NCBI GenBank assembly: GCA_050273025.1
Contig: CP158635.1
Coordinates: 23,126,001-23,190,000 of the forward strand
Source of the DNA: Cenococcum geophilum
Lineage: Eukaryota
Direction: 5' to 3'
DNA length: 64,000 nt
The notes beneath the pieces are model-generated. The model ran no database searches. It saw only the letters and a program-made list of their open reading frames with translations, and was not told the origin of the DNA. Position 1 is the first letter of the stretch, and every line of letters starts with the position of its first letter. A program made the position numbers and the translations under genes. This document shows, in pieces, positions 13,096-26,575 of this stretch.

Positions 13096-16000
13096 TATTA
13101 CGGCACTGGCAGAAAACGGTAGAACTTAGTAGCAGAACTTAGTAGAACTTTACGGTTACGTAACTAGAGGACCATATAAAAGAACCCTACTTCGACCAGC
13201 GCTGCTCTTCTTCTCCTTTCCTTTCTCTAGCTTTAGATTCTTGTTTATAGACAATCCAATTATATAGGCTTGCACGTCCCTTATACTATACTTATACCTT
13301 AATTAACTAAGTCGCTAATATTATCTAAAGCTTAAACCATCCTTTCTTTCTAAGAAGAAACTTAAATATATCTATAGGACCACAAATAGGATAAGGACAT
13401 AGAATAGGACCCTAAGGACATTACTAGGACCATAAGGATAGAACCTAAAGGAAAAGAATAGAACCCTAAGGAAAGGACCTATAAGACACGCATAGACTAG
13501 AACCCCTAACGAAATTACCTAGAATTACCTAACACCCTAGCGCCATGCCATGAAACACAGTAGTAGGTAAAGCAGCTATAGGACCTATAAACGTCTCAGA
13601 CGAAGAAACAATTAATGTCTTAACCCCTTAGGCGGAGCTCGTAGTAGCTAATACCGAAATTAAACGGCTACGAGAACTACTTAAAACTAGAAGCACCCCT
13701 ACATTTAGTAAGGACCTATTAGACAGACTTACTATAGTTTTTAAGGCCCTAGCCTAACGTACAGTATTAGGATCGTTGCGGTCCGTAAAGGTTATAGACC
13801 CCCCGTTGCTTATAGACGGAGCCGACCCTATATTTAATAATTGGAAGCTTTAATTGCAGAATAAGCTCAAAGTTAATGCGAACTACTTCCCTACTACTTA
13901 AGCCAAAATGGCCTACGTTTTCGGCCGTACCGGCGGAGATATATAGACGCATCTACGTCCGCGATACGCCTAGGACTTAGTAGAACCCTTCCTTTCTAAA
14001 GAAGAAATAATCGACTACCTATCTTCTATCTATAAGGACCCTTTTAGGGTATAGAACGCCCGCCTTAGCTATAAAAGTCTAAATATAAAAACAACGGAGA
14101 CCTTTTCGGCCTTTTAGACCTACTTCTTATACCTAGCCGGATAAGCCTAGATTCCCTAGGAAGACCTACTTCCAGACCTCTTTAATAAGCTTACCCTAGA
14201 CCTATAGCGGGCCGTACTACCAGCTTTTACTACTGTATAGACGTTAAAAGAACTTATAGACCACTGCCTAGCTATTAACCAAGGCCTCCGTTAAATTAAG
14301 GTATAAGCTAACCGGATAAAGGCTAAGAATCCCCTAAATTAAGCTATAAGCAATATAAGAACGGCCCGTAATACCCTAGTTTAACCCATAACGCCTACTA
14401 TACTAGCCGCTAACCTAGTAACTAGCCGTATAGCTAGCCTAGCCGCGGGCTAAGCGCTTACTCGGCCTACCTACAGTGACCCCTATATATAGGCCCTCAG
14501 CAATTAAGGGGCTTGCTTCTTATACGGTTAAAAAGGCTACCCTATAAGGAACTGCCTAATAAAGGTAAAAGCGGACAAGGTTCTGTTAATCTAGGAAAAT
14601 AGTATAAAGTTGGAAAAAGAGGAACCCTAGAGAAAGACTCCTCTCTAGGGTTAAAAGGGATTAATATATTATATATTAATCTAGGTTAGCTAGTTAGTAA
14701 AAAAAGCTGCACTATCCCTTATACTTTATTCCGTAATAGATACTAAGTTTTAATCTCTACCTTAGCTAACTCTAGAGCAAATGCCTTTACCCTAATTAAT
14801 ACTTAGTATGCCGTAAAGCTGGCTAACTTTCTTAATATACCTATAGAAGGCCTGCCTAAACTAATTCCTATTCGCGGGTATAACGGATAGGTAGGGCAAC
14901 CTATTATAAGTATTTTGCGTATACACCTCCGCGTTAATAGGCGAAGGTAGTATAATATCCCCTTCCTAATTACGGACCTTAGAAGCTATAATATAATCTT
15001 AAAAAGGAAATGGCTAGCCTATTTAGGCTTATAGCTTAATATATAAAGCAGACGGCTTATCTAGCCTAAAACTATACCCCTAACCCCTTCTTTTATAAAA
15101 GAAATTAGCATTATAATAGAAAACCTAGTATAACCCTAAATTAATACTATCTACTAGGCCGATACTATACGTAGAGACCGGGCCTTTAAGAAGGATATAT
15201 AGCTTAACCCGTAACGGATCCGTATACTACACCGCCCCTAGACTACCTATATTACGCCACCCGCACTATAAACTTAGGAAGTCAACAGTGATCTACCTAA
15301 GTCCCCGGTAGAGAACCTAGGCCCTACGCAGCCATAATAGAAGGCCAGGAACATTAGACGGTATACTAAACTAATAAACTAGAAGGATAACTTATAGAAA
15401 ATAGAACGCGAGCTAAGGAAAACTATAAACCTTATACCGCAAAATACGGCCTAACGGATATCTGTAAAGAAACCTACAAACCTCCCACTAGTTAATATCT
15501 GCTATATTAGCGCTATAGGATTCTACTAGAACTTAGTTTAGCCGGATACCGTTACCTTTATAACTAGCTTATATAAAATTAATTAAATAATTAAAGAAAA
15601 AGAGACCCTAGCCTAAGAGAAGGATAAGCTTATAGATAAGGAGCTAGTAGAACGGAAACTACCCTATTAGTACTAAGAGTTTAAGGACGTATTCTCTAAG
15701 GCAGCATCTAATATGCTCCCACCCTACCGACTATATAACTATAAGATTAAGATTAAACTAGATAAGAAAAATGTCCTTAGCTATACCCCCCTTTATAAAT
15801 AATCTATTGCCGAATTATAGGCCACTAAATAGTATATTGTAGATAACCTAGTAAAGGGGTTTATTAAGCCTAGTTAGGCCCCATTCGTCTCCCCTATTTT
15901 CTTTATAAAAAAGCTAAATAGAGGACTTTATTTCTATATTAACTATTATAAGCTTAATAATATAACCCGCAAAGACCGTTATCCGCTACCCTTATTAGAT

Positions 16001-18997
16001 AAGACGCTAGCCTAAATAAATAGAGCTAAGGTATTTATAAAGCTTAATATCCGCTAGGCCTTCTACCGAATTAGGATAAACCCTAGATCTATAGACCTTA
16101 CTATATTTCGGACTTAATACAGATTATATAAATATAAAGTACTTCCCTTTAGACTAATTAACGGACCTACTACGTACCAACGATATATAAACGATGTACT
16201 CTTTAACTACCTTAACGACTTCTATATAGCCTACCTAGATAATATTATAATTTACTCTAAAAATAAGTTAAAATATAAGGAGCACGTCTATAAGGTCCTA
16301 CAACGGCTCTATAAGGCTGGCCTCTAGGCCAATATTAAAAAGTTGGAGTTTAGTATAAAGTAAATAAAGTACCTAAGGTTTATTATTAGTACGGACGGAA
16401 TCGAGGTAGACCTAGAAAAGACGGCTGTAATTAATTAATAGGAACCACCACGGATTATAAAAGGGATATAGTTATTCCTAGGCTTCTATAACTTCTACTA
16501 ACGCTTTATTAAGAACTATAGCAGGATTACTCGGCCCCTTAGCCGCCTTATAATAAAGGACTAGCCCTTCTACTTTAATACCGTATATAGGCAGGCTTTT
16601 AATAAACTTAAGAAATGGCTAGTCTCCGCTCCTTTACTCGCGTACTTTAACCTAGAACGGCCCTTAATACTAGAAACGGATGCCTTAGATAGTATTATTA
16701 TTAGCGTTTATTCCTAGAAGCAGACGGACAGGGAATAGCACCCTATTACTTACTACTTAAAGACTATAGTAAATGCTAAGCTAAACTACCCAATTTATAA
16801 TAAAGAAATATTGGCTATTATCTATAGCTTTTAGCATTAGCGAGTATAGCTAGAAGGGACTCCTAAACCTATCTAAGTGGTTTTAAATTATAAGGCCTTA
16901 GAATATTTTATAACAACAAAAGCCCTTACGGCATGGTAGGCGCGCTAGGCGGATGTCCTATCTTAGTTTAACTTTCTAATTATATATAGGCCCGGCGCTA
17001 CTAACCATATAGACGCTCTTATAAGGTATAAACAGGACCTAAATAACCAAATAGCTATAAAGATCTTATTACGGACCTAGACGCTACTATAACTAGAGCA
17101 CCTTAACCTTTAGATACGGGAAGAACTAAGTACTAAATCTTCGAGCGCCGAGATATATCCTATTAACCCTACGGAATTTAACCTTATTAATAAACTACTA
17201 TAAATAAACCGTACGGACCCTTCTCTACAGGAGTACCGCAAAAAGGCAAAGGATATTACTAGCCTATAGTCCCTTGAAAATAGACTGCTTAAGCACTAGG
17301 AACGGCTAGTAGTAGTAGAAGAATAGAACTTATAAACCTAGCTTATTACCAAAGCACATACCTAGGTCTCTACGGCCCACCCCAGAAAAAATAAAACCTA
17401 TAAGATTATTAGTAACCGTTACTACTAGCCCGGAATAGTTATAGATATTAACCGTTATATACGGAACTGCAACAACTACTAGAGGTCTATAATCCCACGA
17501 GATAAGACCCCAGGACTATTAAAGCCACTCCCGATACTAGAGCGCCCCTAGTACTAGTATATCTCTATAGACTTCTATAAACTACTAGTAGACCGTAATA
17601 GTTATAATATAGTTATAATCTTAGTTAACCGTTTTAGCAAGCGCCCTTTCTTAATCCCCTATTATAAGAATATCGATATTAAAGAGGCGGCCCGACTATA
17701 CATCTATTATATCTACCAAATTTACGGACTACTAGATACTATTATATTAGACCGCAGACTATAGTTTATATTGGCTTTCTAGAACAAGTTTACCTAAATC
17801 CTAGGGATTAGGCTAAAGCTTTCTATAGCGTACTACCCCTAGACAGATAGCTAGATAGAGATTATAAATTAATACTTAGACCAGAGACTTCGGCCCTTTA
17901 TTAACTACTTCTAGGACAACTAGGGTAAACTACTACCCCTTATAGACTACGCCCAGGCGACCCTACCCTATAACTTTATAGGATTTGTACCTATCTAACT
18001 AGAAATAGGGTATTTACCCTAAATAAGCTTTAACTGGGATAGGCCAGAAGGACCATAGACTATACGTAAGAAACTATCTTATAAGGAAGCCTAGCAGTAC
18101 GCCAAGCGCTTAGAAGAAGCCTAGATGGTAGCCCGTACGAACTTAGAAAAGGCCTAAAAATTAATGCAATAATAGGCAAATAAGCATAGGTAAGAGCCTA
18201 ACTTTACCGTAGGTAATATAGTTTAGGTTATAACAAAGAACTAGAAAACGGAACGGCCTAACTATAAGCTAAACTATTAGATAATAGGGCCGTATACGGT
18301 ACTTAAAAAAATAGGCAACTCGTATAAAGTAAAGCTCCCAGATTTAATTAAGATTTACCCTATTTTCTTACTAGATAAGCTACAGAAGGCCGTAAATAAC
18401 CCATTACCTAAATAAAAGAACAAACCTCCCCTACCAATTTAAGTCAGTGGCGATAACGAATAGGAAATTAAAGAAATACTAGCCTATAAACTAGTACGGA
18501 AAACGTTAAAGTACCGCGTTAGTTGGAAAGGCTATAACCTAGATCCTACTTAGTACCCTATATAGAACTTTATTGGCAGTCCCTATAAGCTTTAAGAATT
18601 CTATAACCGTTACCCTAGTAAACTAGGACCCCTAAAGTACCTAGACAAGTAGATAGAGTGCTAGTATAGTAAAAATAATAGGCTACCGGAAGAACATAAA
18701 GATAAAAACGCCCTATAGGTATAATACGGATATATAAAGCCTAAGGGCAGGCTTTTGCGGAGGGGGGGGTAATATTACGGCACTGGCAGAAAACGGCAGA
18801 ACTTAGTGGCAGAACTTGGCAGAACTTTACGGTCACGTGACTAGAGGACCATATAAAAGAACCCTACTTCGACCGGCGCTGCTCTTCTTCTCCTTTCCTT
18901 TCTCTAGCTTTAGATTCTTGTTTATAGACAATCCAATTGTACAGGCTTGCACGTCCCTCATACCGTGCTCATGCCTCGATTGACTAAGTCGCTAACA
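13096..18997 (+). mobile_element. Full-length Ty3/Gypsy chromovirus, copy 2 (5902 bp; RIP-inactivated)
   Basis: 225-bp LTRs at 13096-13320 and 18773-18997; TSD ATATT on both sides; PPT. Domain order gag(CCHC)-PR-RT-RH-IN-chromodomain (EWE.EEIL...KYRVSWKGY.PDPTWYP). Confidence 0.96.
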
Positions 18998-19141
18998 ATA
19001 TTAAGTAGAGCCGTTCTAAACCCCGGTAAATATAATTAAGATTAGGCCTACCTCTCTTATATATTGTGATCCATAGCCTATAAATAAGTGGATTAATAGG
19101 TCGTTAATCTGGAAAGGGACGTCAGGAATATGGTAGCCGCC

Positions 19142-19327
19142 TGTGACGGCGCTGGGGCACTGCCCCTGCGACGTCTACATGCAGCCTAGTCAGGGGCTCG
19201 CTTGGAGACTTGGCTCGTGTATATAGACCTGTCCTTTCCTCAACCTTCTTCTGCTCCTCAGCTTAGTATCTTCGTAATACAGCATTCTACAAGCTTCGGT
19301 TCAGAAGCATTTGTACGAGCCGTAACA
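19142..19327. mobile_element. Solo LTR (186 bp), little RIP damage
   Basis: Ends tgtgacggc...gccgtaaca; TSD CCGCC at 19137-19141 and 19328-19332. Confidence 0.88.
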
Positions 19328-19738
19328 CCGCCTGTGTAGTTGGTCGGCGCACGGGTCTATATCACCATAAAAACGTAGACAAATTAATTTAAGTGATATC
19401 GCGATCAAAATGGTAGTATAAAAGCTTTAATTTGGCCTATTTAGAATATATATAAGCTCGTTGTTGATTTTATTATAAATTGATCAAATATCACCTGTAC
19501 TACGTATGTGTGGGGTGGCTCGCTTCCTGGTCAACTATGTTAAAAACAAACTTGGTGGAACGCTTATTATGCCTTGGCGGTAACCTGGCTTGGTGGCAAA
19601 GACTTTTGAAACGCACCTCACCAAGTGGCTGCGGCCAATGCAATGCGAGCTTGGCAGCTCGCCAAAACCGCGGCACAGTCATTATCACTTCGGCCCGTTC
19701 TCAAATTCTACCCTCGCATTTTCTCTACCGCTTACGAA

Positions 19739-21036
19739 ATGGGCCAAATTTTCTATATTGCCTGTCCAAGTGCACAGGAAGTGCTACCTGCTTATGGGAA
19801 ACTCGGCGAGTTCCTCTTTAGTGGTTCTCCCAGGTCCATAGTAGAGGTGCTCGCTGTGCCAGTTCGGCCCGTGATCTTGGCGTGAGTTCATAGATCGTCT
19901 CTAACATAGCTGCTGATGATCATTAAAGCCAGGATTCGCACCATCTTAAGGAAGAACGCGCGAAACAGGGAACGAATCCGTTCCCCGTTAATGTCCAATC
20001 TACAAAGCGTAAGAGAGCTAATGGTTTGGACAAGCAGCCGACAGAACCACGCAAGAAGAAAGAGAAGTTGCGGGGCGATGCTGTCTCTGAACCGGGACAG
20101 ATCAAGGCAAATGCCCCTAAGTTTTCTAGCCTCGCAGCCGAACTGCACTACTTAATCTTCGAGAAGCTCGACATCACAGATGTTCTCAGCCTTGGCCTCA
20201 CAAATCGGTACTTTTAGAGCATCGGCCGGAGACATATTCAGACATATTTTATGTCCTTTCTGGGGCCTTGGGCGGGTAAACGTATACTCTGCGTGGGCGA
20301 TTATGTTGAAGCTGGGGATCACCCCCCAGGGCTCTTTACGGAAGACGAGGAACGTTCCATGGAAAATAAGGAAAGTGAGTTGCGACGGCGGCTTCTAGTA
20401 GAGGAAGGGCTTCTAGAGGAAGAAGAGATTCTAGAGGAGGAAGAGCTTCTAGAGGAGGAAGAGCTTCTAGAGGAGGAAGAACGGCCAATGACGCTCGCTA
20501 ACTGGGCCTACGTATATGCTACAATCAGTGTTAAGTTCCCGACTACGTTATTTACCCAACTTTTATCAAAGAACTACTACAAACAGTATTGTCGGATGTC
20601 CGGCTCTGATAGATCTGAAGTAAGGAAAATAGTAAACCCAGAATTTTCACAGTTCTACCCTAAGGATCAGCCTTGGATCCTGCGCAATCTAAAGACGCGA
20701 GAGTACGTCCGTTCCGATGCTATTGCCCTAAGGCCCGAATATATCCATGGACCTAATATCGACGTTATCGGCTTCGGCGAAGTTGTCTTATCGCGCATCT
20801 GCTGGTCCTCAGATCCGTCTGTCAACATCGATGGTAGGAAATACAACCGTAATATTCACCGCGGAATCTGGGCAGGGCACTGTTTTGATATCACAACTCG
20901 AGCGCAGCACGAGGAGCGTGTAAATGAGGAATGGAAAGACGTCAGCGAGGAAGTAGCCAAGGAGATTGCAAATATTTGGGAGAGTGAATATGGTGATGAC
21001 TGGCGTCGTATTGTTATGGAGGGGCATAGGCATTAA
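19739..21036 (+). pseudogene. Fungal F-box-like protein gene interrupted by one in-frame TAG (20215-20217); exons 19739-19881 and 19929-21036
   Basis: N-terminus MGQ..GKLGEFLF; GT-AG intron; F-box-like FSSLAAELHYLIFEKLDITDVLSLGLTNRYF*; same frame continues WAGKRILCVGDY...WILRNLKTREYVR...HRGIWAGHCFDI. An 18-bp repeat encodes (LEEEEL)n at ~20395-20480. Confidence 0.8.
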
Positions 21037-22206
21037 CGTCACAATGGACCATTTCGTCACTGCATTAGAAAGGCTCAGGTTGTCGGATGGTTAGTTTGGA
21101 GGGTTTTATGGTATATACAGGTCCAACAGAATAGCGCTGCTCCTTAATGTCCTTCAGCCTAGATTCACAACTCTATAGCTCGCAATCACTCTTTTAAAGG
21201 CCGTCATCGGGTCTTATATCAGACCTATTTCTGTCGCTCTCCGTGTGATCAATCAACAGGTTACAAAATTTTTCAAGGCCAAATGGGCAGTTCGTGAACG
21301 CATGCTAGATATCTGCCTAATATACCTCGTAGGCAGGTAGGAACCGTGAAGTTCTTTGAAGGATCCGTTCTACCGCCTGGGGAATGATATGAGAAGCATT
21401 GTGACCTGATTCTCAAAATCATCTATCGCATCTCGGTAGTTATTCATGTGTATGAACCACTCTTCATGATAATTTTCGAGATGGCACTCTCGATGGTATA
21501 CTCATGGTATGGGTTTGATAGAAGGCAAGCGCAGTCCTGATCTAAGACACAACTCGCACATCACTTCAAGAAAGATTACCGCGCATTTGGTGGCCTGGGA
21601 CCAGGAAATTCGTTCATCCGAAGCACACACAGCTCGCGTTGTGGAGATTTCTCCGCACCCTTCTTATGACTCTTCATCCCATTCACCTTGTAGTTCTCTC
21701 ATGCTCTATAATTGAAGGGAGCAACTGTTTGCGCATCTTGGCATCGGTTTTGTCGCAGCAGTTGATAGAGTGACTCGATAAGTTCTGTAAATTGAGCGCA
21801 GTTTCAGATGTTGCAAAGTATGAGAGGTAAGACGAGTACGTGAGACAGGGGGACTGTGAAGTGAGGGTGAAGGAGAGAACGCGTGTAGAAGAATTGATCA
21901 GGAGAGAAAGGGGGGCAGCGGACTTTATCGAGGCCAGCAACGAGGTGGTGGCCGGATCAACGACGGAGCGAGGGAAGAGCCCCGCTAAACCGGAAGAGGC
22001 AGTGCGCCAGACGGATGCTATTCGGCGACAGTGAAACCGACGGAGCTTCCTTCAAAATGCTCTTGGTAACCTCTAGCCTCTGCAGAGTAGAGCCTGCCGC
22101 CACGCCCCATGGCTGGCGGCGGTTGACCTGATAAGACTTAGCTTCATGATCAGTGAAGACTAAGGATGCTTCGGAACTGTATACGTGGCATGATGTTTGG
22201 CAGCTT

Positions 22207-24182
<1,976 letters not shown>

Positions 24183-24271
24183 CTAAATCTCATCCTAATT
24201 TTCTTTGTACATAATTCTCTTGTTCTCTCTCCAATACCAACAGTTAACAGCCTAATCTCTTGTTACAGAAA

Positions 24272-25900
24272 AGTAAAACACCCCAAACAACCCTCGCGTA
24301 ATAACCACTAACACGCTATATCAATTTAGTGAACGACATTGTCGAGGTGGACCTCTATGGTTGGTCCATTCTGGCAAATACTCCTCGTGGAGACTAACGC
24401 GATAAGAGGTCCTGGGCGTCACCAGCGGCGCCAGCAAGGCCGAAATCAAGAAAGCCTACCATAAAGTCCGTCCTCTCGAACAGAAATCCCTTTTCTTCTT
24501 AGACCCAATTTTAGCCACCGCCCTTCTCATACCACATATCTGACACTCCGGTTCACAGGCGGCCCTTTCTCATCACCCGGATAAAGTAGCCGAGCACGAA
24601 CGCACAGAGGCCGAAATCCGCTTCAAGGCCGCGAAGCAAGCCTACGAAATCCTCTACGATGACGAGAAACGCCACCTCTACAACACCCACGGCATGTCTG
24701 CCTTCGACACGAGCCGCGGGGGTCCTGGAGGTATGGGAGCCGAGGTGGACCTGGACGATATACTGCAGCAGATGTTCGGCGGCATGAATATGGGCGGGAT
24801 GCCGGGGATGGGCGGGATGCCTGGGATGGGGGGAACGCCGGGTGGGATGGGCAGGAAGCCAAGAAAGGGCAGGGACGTTGTACAGGAGTACCAAGTCACG
24901 CTGGAAGAGCTGTACAAGGGCAAGACGACACGGTTCTCGAACACGAAGAATGTGGTGTGCACTGTGTGCAAAGGAAGTGGAGGGAAGGAGAAAGCGAAGC
25001 CGCACCAATGCGCTGTATGTGGTGGATCCGGTACGTTCATATCCGATTCTAGGCCTTTGTTCCTGTCACCAATTCCCCCATCCACTCAACCCCCTGCAAA
25101 TCTGTCAGATTAATAAAGGAGTGTCACGCTAACATGTCCATCGCAAATATGCAGGCTCAACAGCGCGCCTCCGCAACGTCGGCCCTGGCCTCGTGACCCA
25201 AGAGACAGTTACTTGCAGTACCTGCTCTGGTTCCGGGTCTCTCTTTAAAGAAAAAGACCGCTGCAAAAAGTGCAAGGGCAAAACCATCGTTGAGACCAAG
25301 AAGGTGCTGGAGTTATATATCCCTCGCGGAGCCAGAGAAGGTGAGCGCATTGTCTTACCCGGCGAAGCGGATCAGCTTCCGGATCAGGAACCGGGCGACG
25401 TTGTTTTCGAGCTCGTCGAGGCACCGCATGATGTATTCCAGCGTGCAGGCGGTGATCTAAAAGCCGAACTGAACATCACGCTTGCGGAGGCCCTAACAGG
25501 GTTTAACCGAGTAGTCTTGACGCACCTGGACGGGAGAGGCATCCAGTTAAACGTTCATCAGCCTAAGGGCAAAGTGCTGAGGCCGGGACAAGTTCTTAAA
25601 GTCGTTGGTGAAGGTATGCCGATCAAGAAAAGTGATGTCAAGGGGGATCTGTATCTAGCAGTGAACATTGAGTTCCCGGAGGATGGCTGGATAAAGAATG
25701 AAGAAGCTGTTAAAAGGATCAGGGGTGCCCTGCCCGGCCGAGCAAGGAGCGAAAGTGCCAAGCCAGAAACTGTGGACGAAGTTGAGATCGAATATGATGT
25801 GACACTGGATGACTTTGGAGCCGACAGCGATGACCCAAGGGGTGGGGGAGAATGGGAGGATGAGGATGAGGAAGGCGGACCGCAATGCGCGACGCAGTAA
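24272..25900 (+). CDS. XDJ1: Type I DnaJ/Hsp40, Xdj1-like; coding exons 24272, 24330-24359, 24407-24465, 24559-25030, 25155-25900
   Basis: J-domain DLYEVLGV...EIKKAYHKAALSHHPDK, G/M-rich linker, four CxxCxGxG-type zinc motifs, C-terminal CaaX CATQ. The start-codon position is inferred. Confidence 0.88.
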
Positions 25901-26575
25901 AAATACAGCTTACGAGGTGTAGATGCGTAGTACATAAAGGCGGCGTTAGGGGTTTTGGGATATTGCACTCTAGATCTCAATGGCAGGTATGCCTTCGAGA
26001 TGTATTTACTAGTAGATCTTCGACGGGTTACGGCTTCGCTCTGCGATGGGCGGATATTTCCCCTTAATGCATTATGATCTCCAAAACTAGGATGACAGTG
26101 GTATTGTCTATAAACCTGTACCTCCGAATTGAGCCTGCAGTTTGCAATCATTATTGATGTAGGTCGTCCAGACCGCACGCTGGGTGAATTGCTAAAGGGA
26201 ACTGGCAACATCCACACAACTAGATTTTAAAGCCTACCGTAACTCCAGAATGGATCAAAGCACCGAGGTGTATCAGCGAACCACTAAGATTGCAGCTGTC
26301 AATACTCACTAACATGAGCCTAGAAACTAGTCAAGGCACCTAAAGGAATGCTAAGTGCAGAAGGCTAGATTGAAGTGGAGAGAGAATATGTAGGAACAGC
26401 CTGTCACACAGGTTGAAATCAGGTACGGTTATCTCACAAACCCCGATATCTTGGAGATGCCGCCGAGCAACTCTTCCTTAGAGTTGGTTGTATGGGTCTT
26501 GTGTTATCCGCTAGCCTCATGTCTCAAATGCGCAACTAACAGGTTAAGCTTTGAGGTTTTCCCGGAAGCTTGTAC

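Larger units (their letters stand above)
11259..19540 (+). mobile_element. pogo/Fot1-like DNA transposon (RIPed) carrying three nested LTR insertions
   Basis: TIRs acgtagttgaccaggaagcgagccaccc (from 11259) and gggtggctcgcttcctggtcaactatgt (to 19540), each flanked by TA. DDE_1 motifs GWTDN, LLLMDNHSSH and LPPHSTHKLQPLDVG after de-RIP. Confidence 0.9.

Noticed and set aside
5508..13952. Short ORFs within the first TE block
   Set aside because: Chance or antisense frames of RIP-mutated transposons; no intact TE ORF survives.
21100..22200. Short ORFs between the F-box-like gene and MSE1
   Set aside because: No recognisable domain or consistent exon chain; may be UTR or intergenic.
24553..26217. 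Long antisense ORFs over the DnaJ gene (likewise over MSE1, cupin and chitosanase)
   Set aside because: Shadow ORFs from the GC3-rich codon usage of the real genes.
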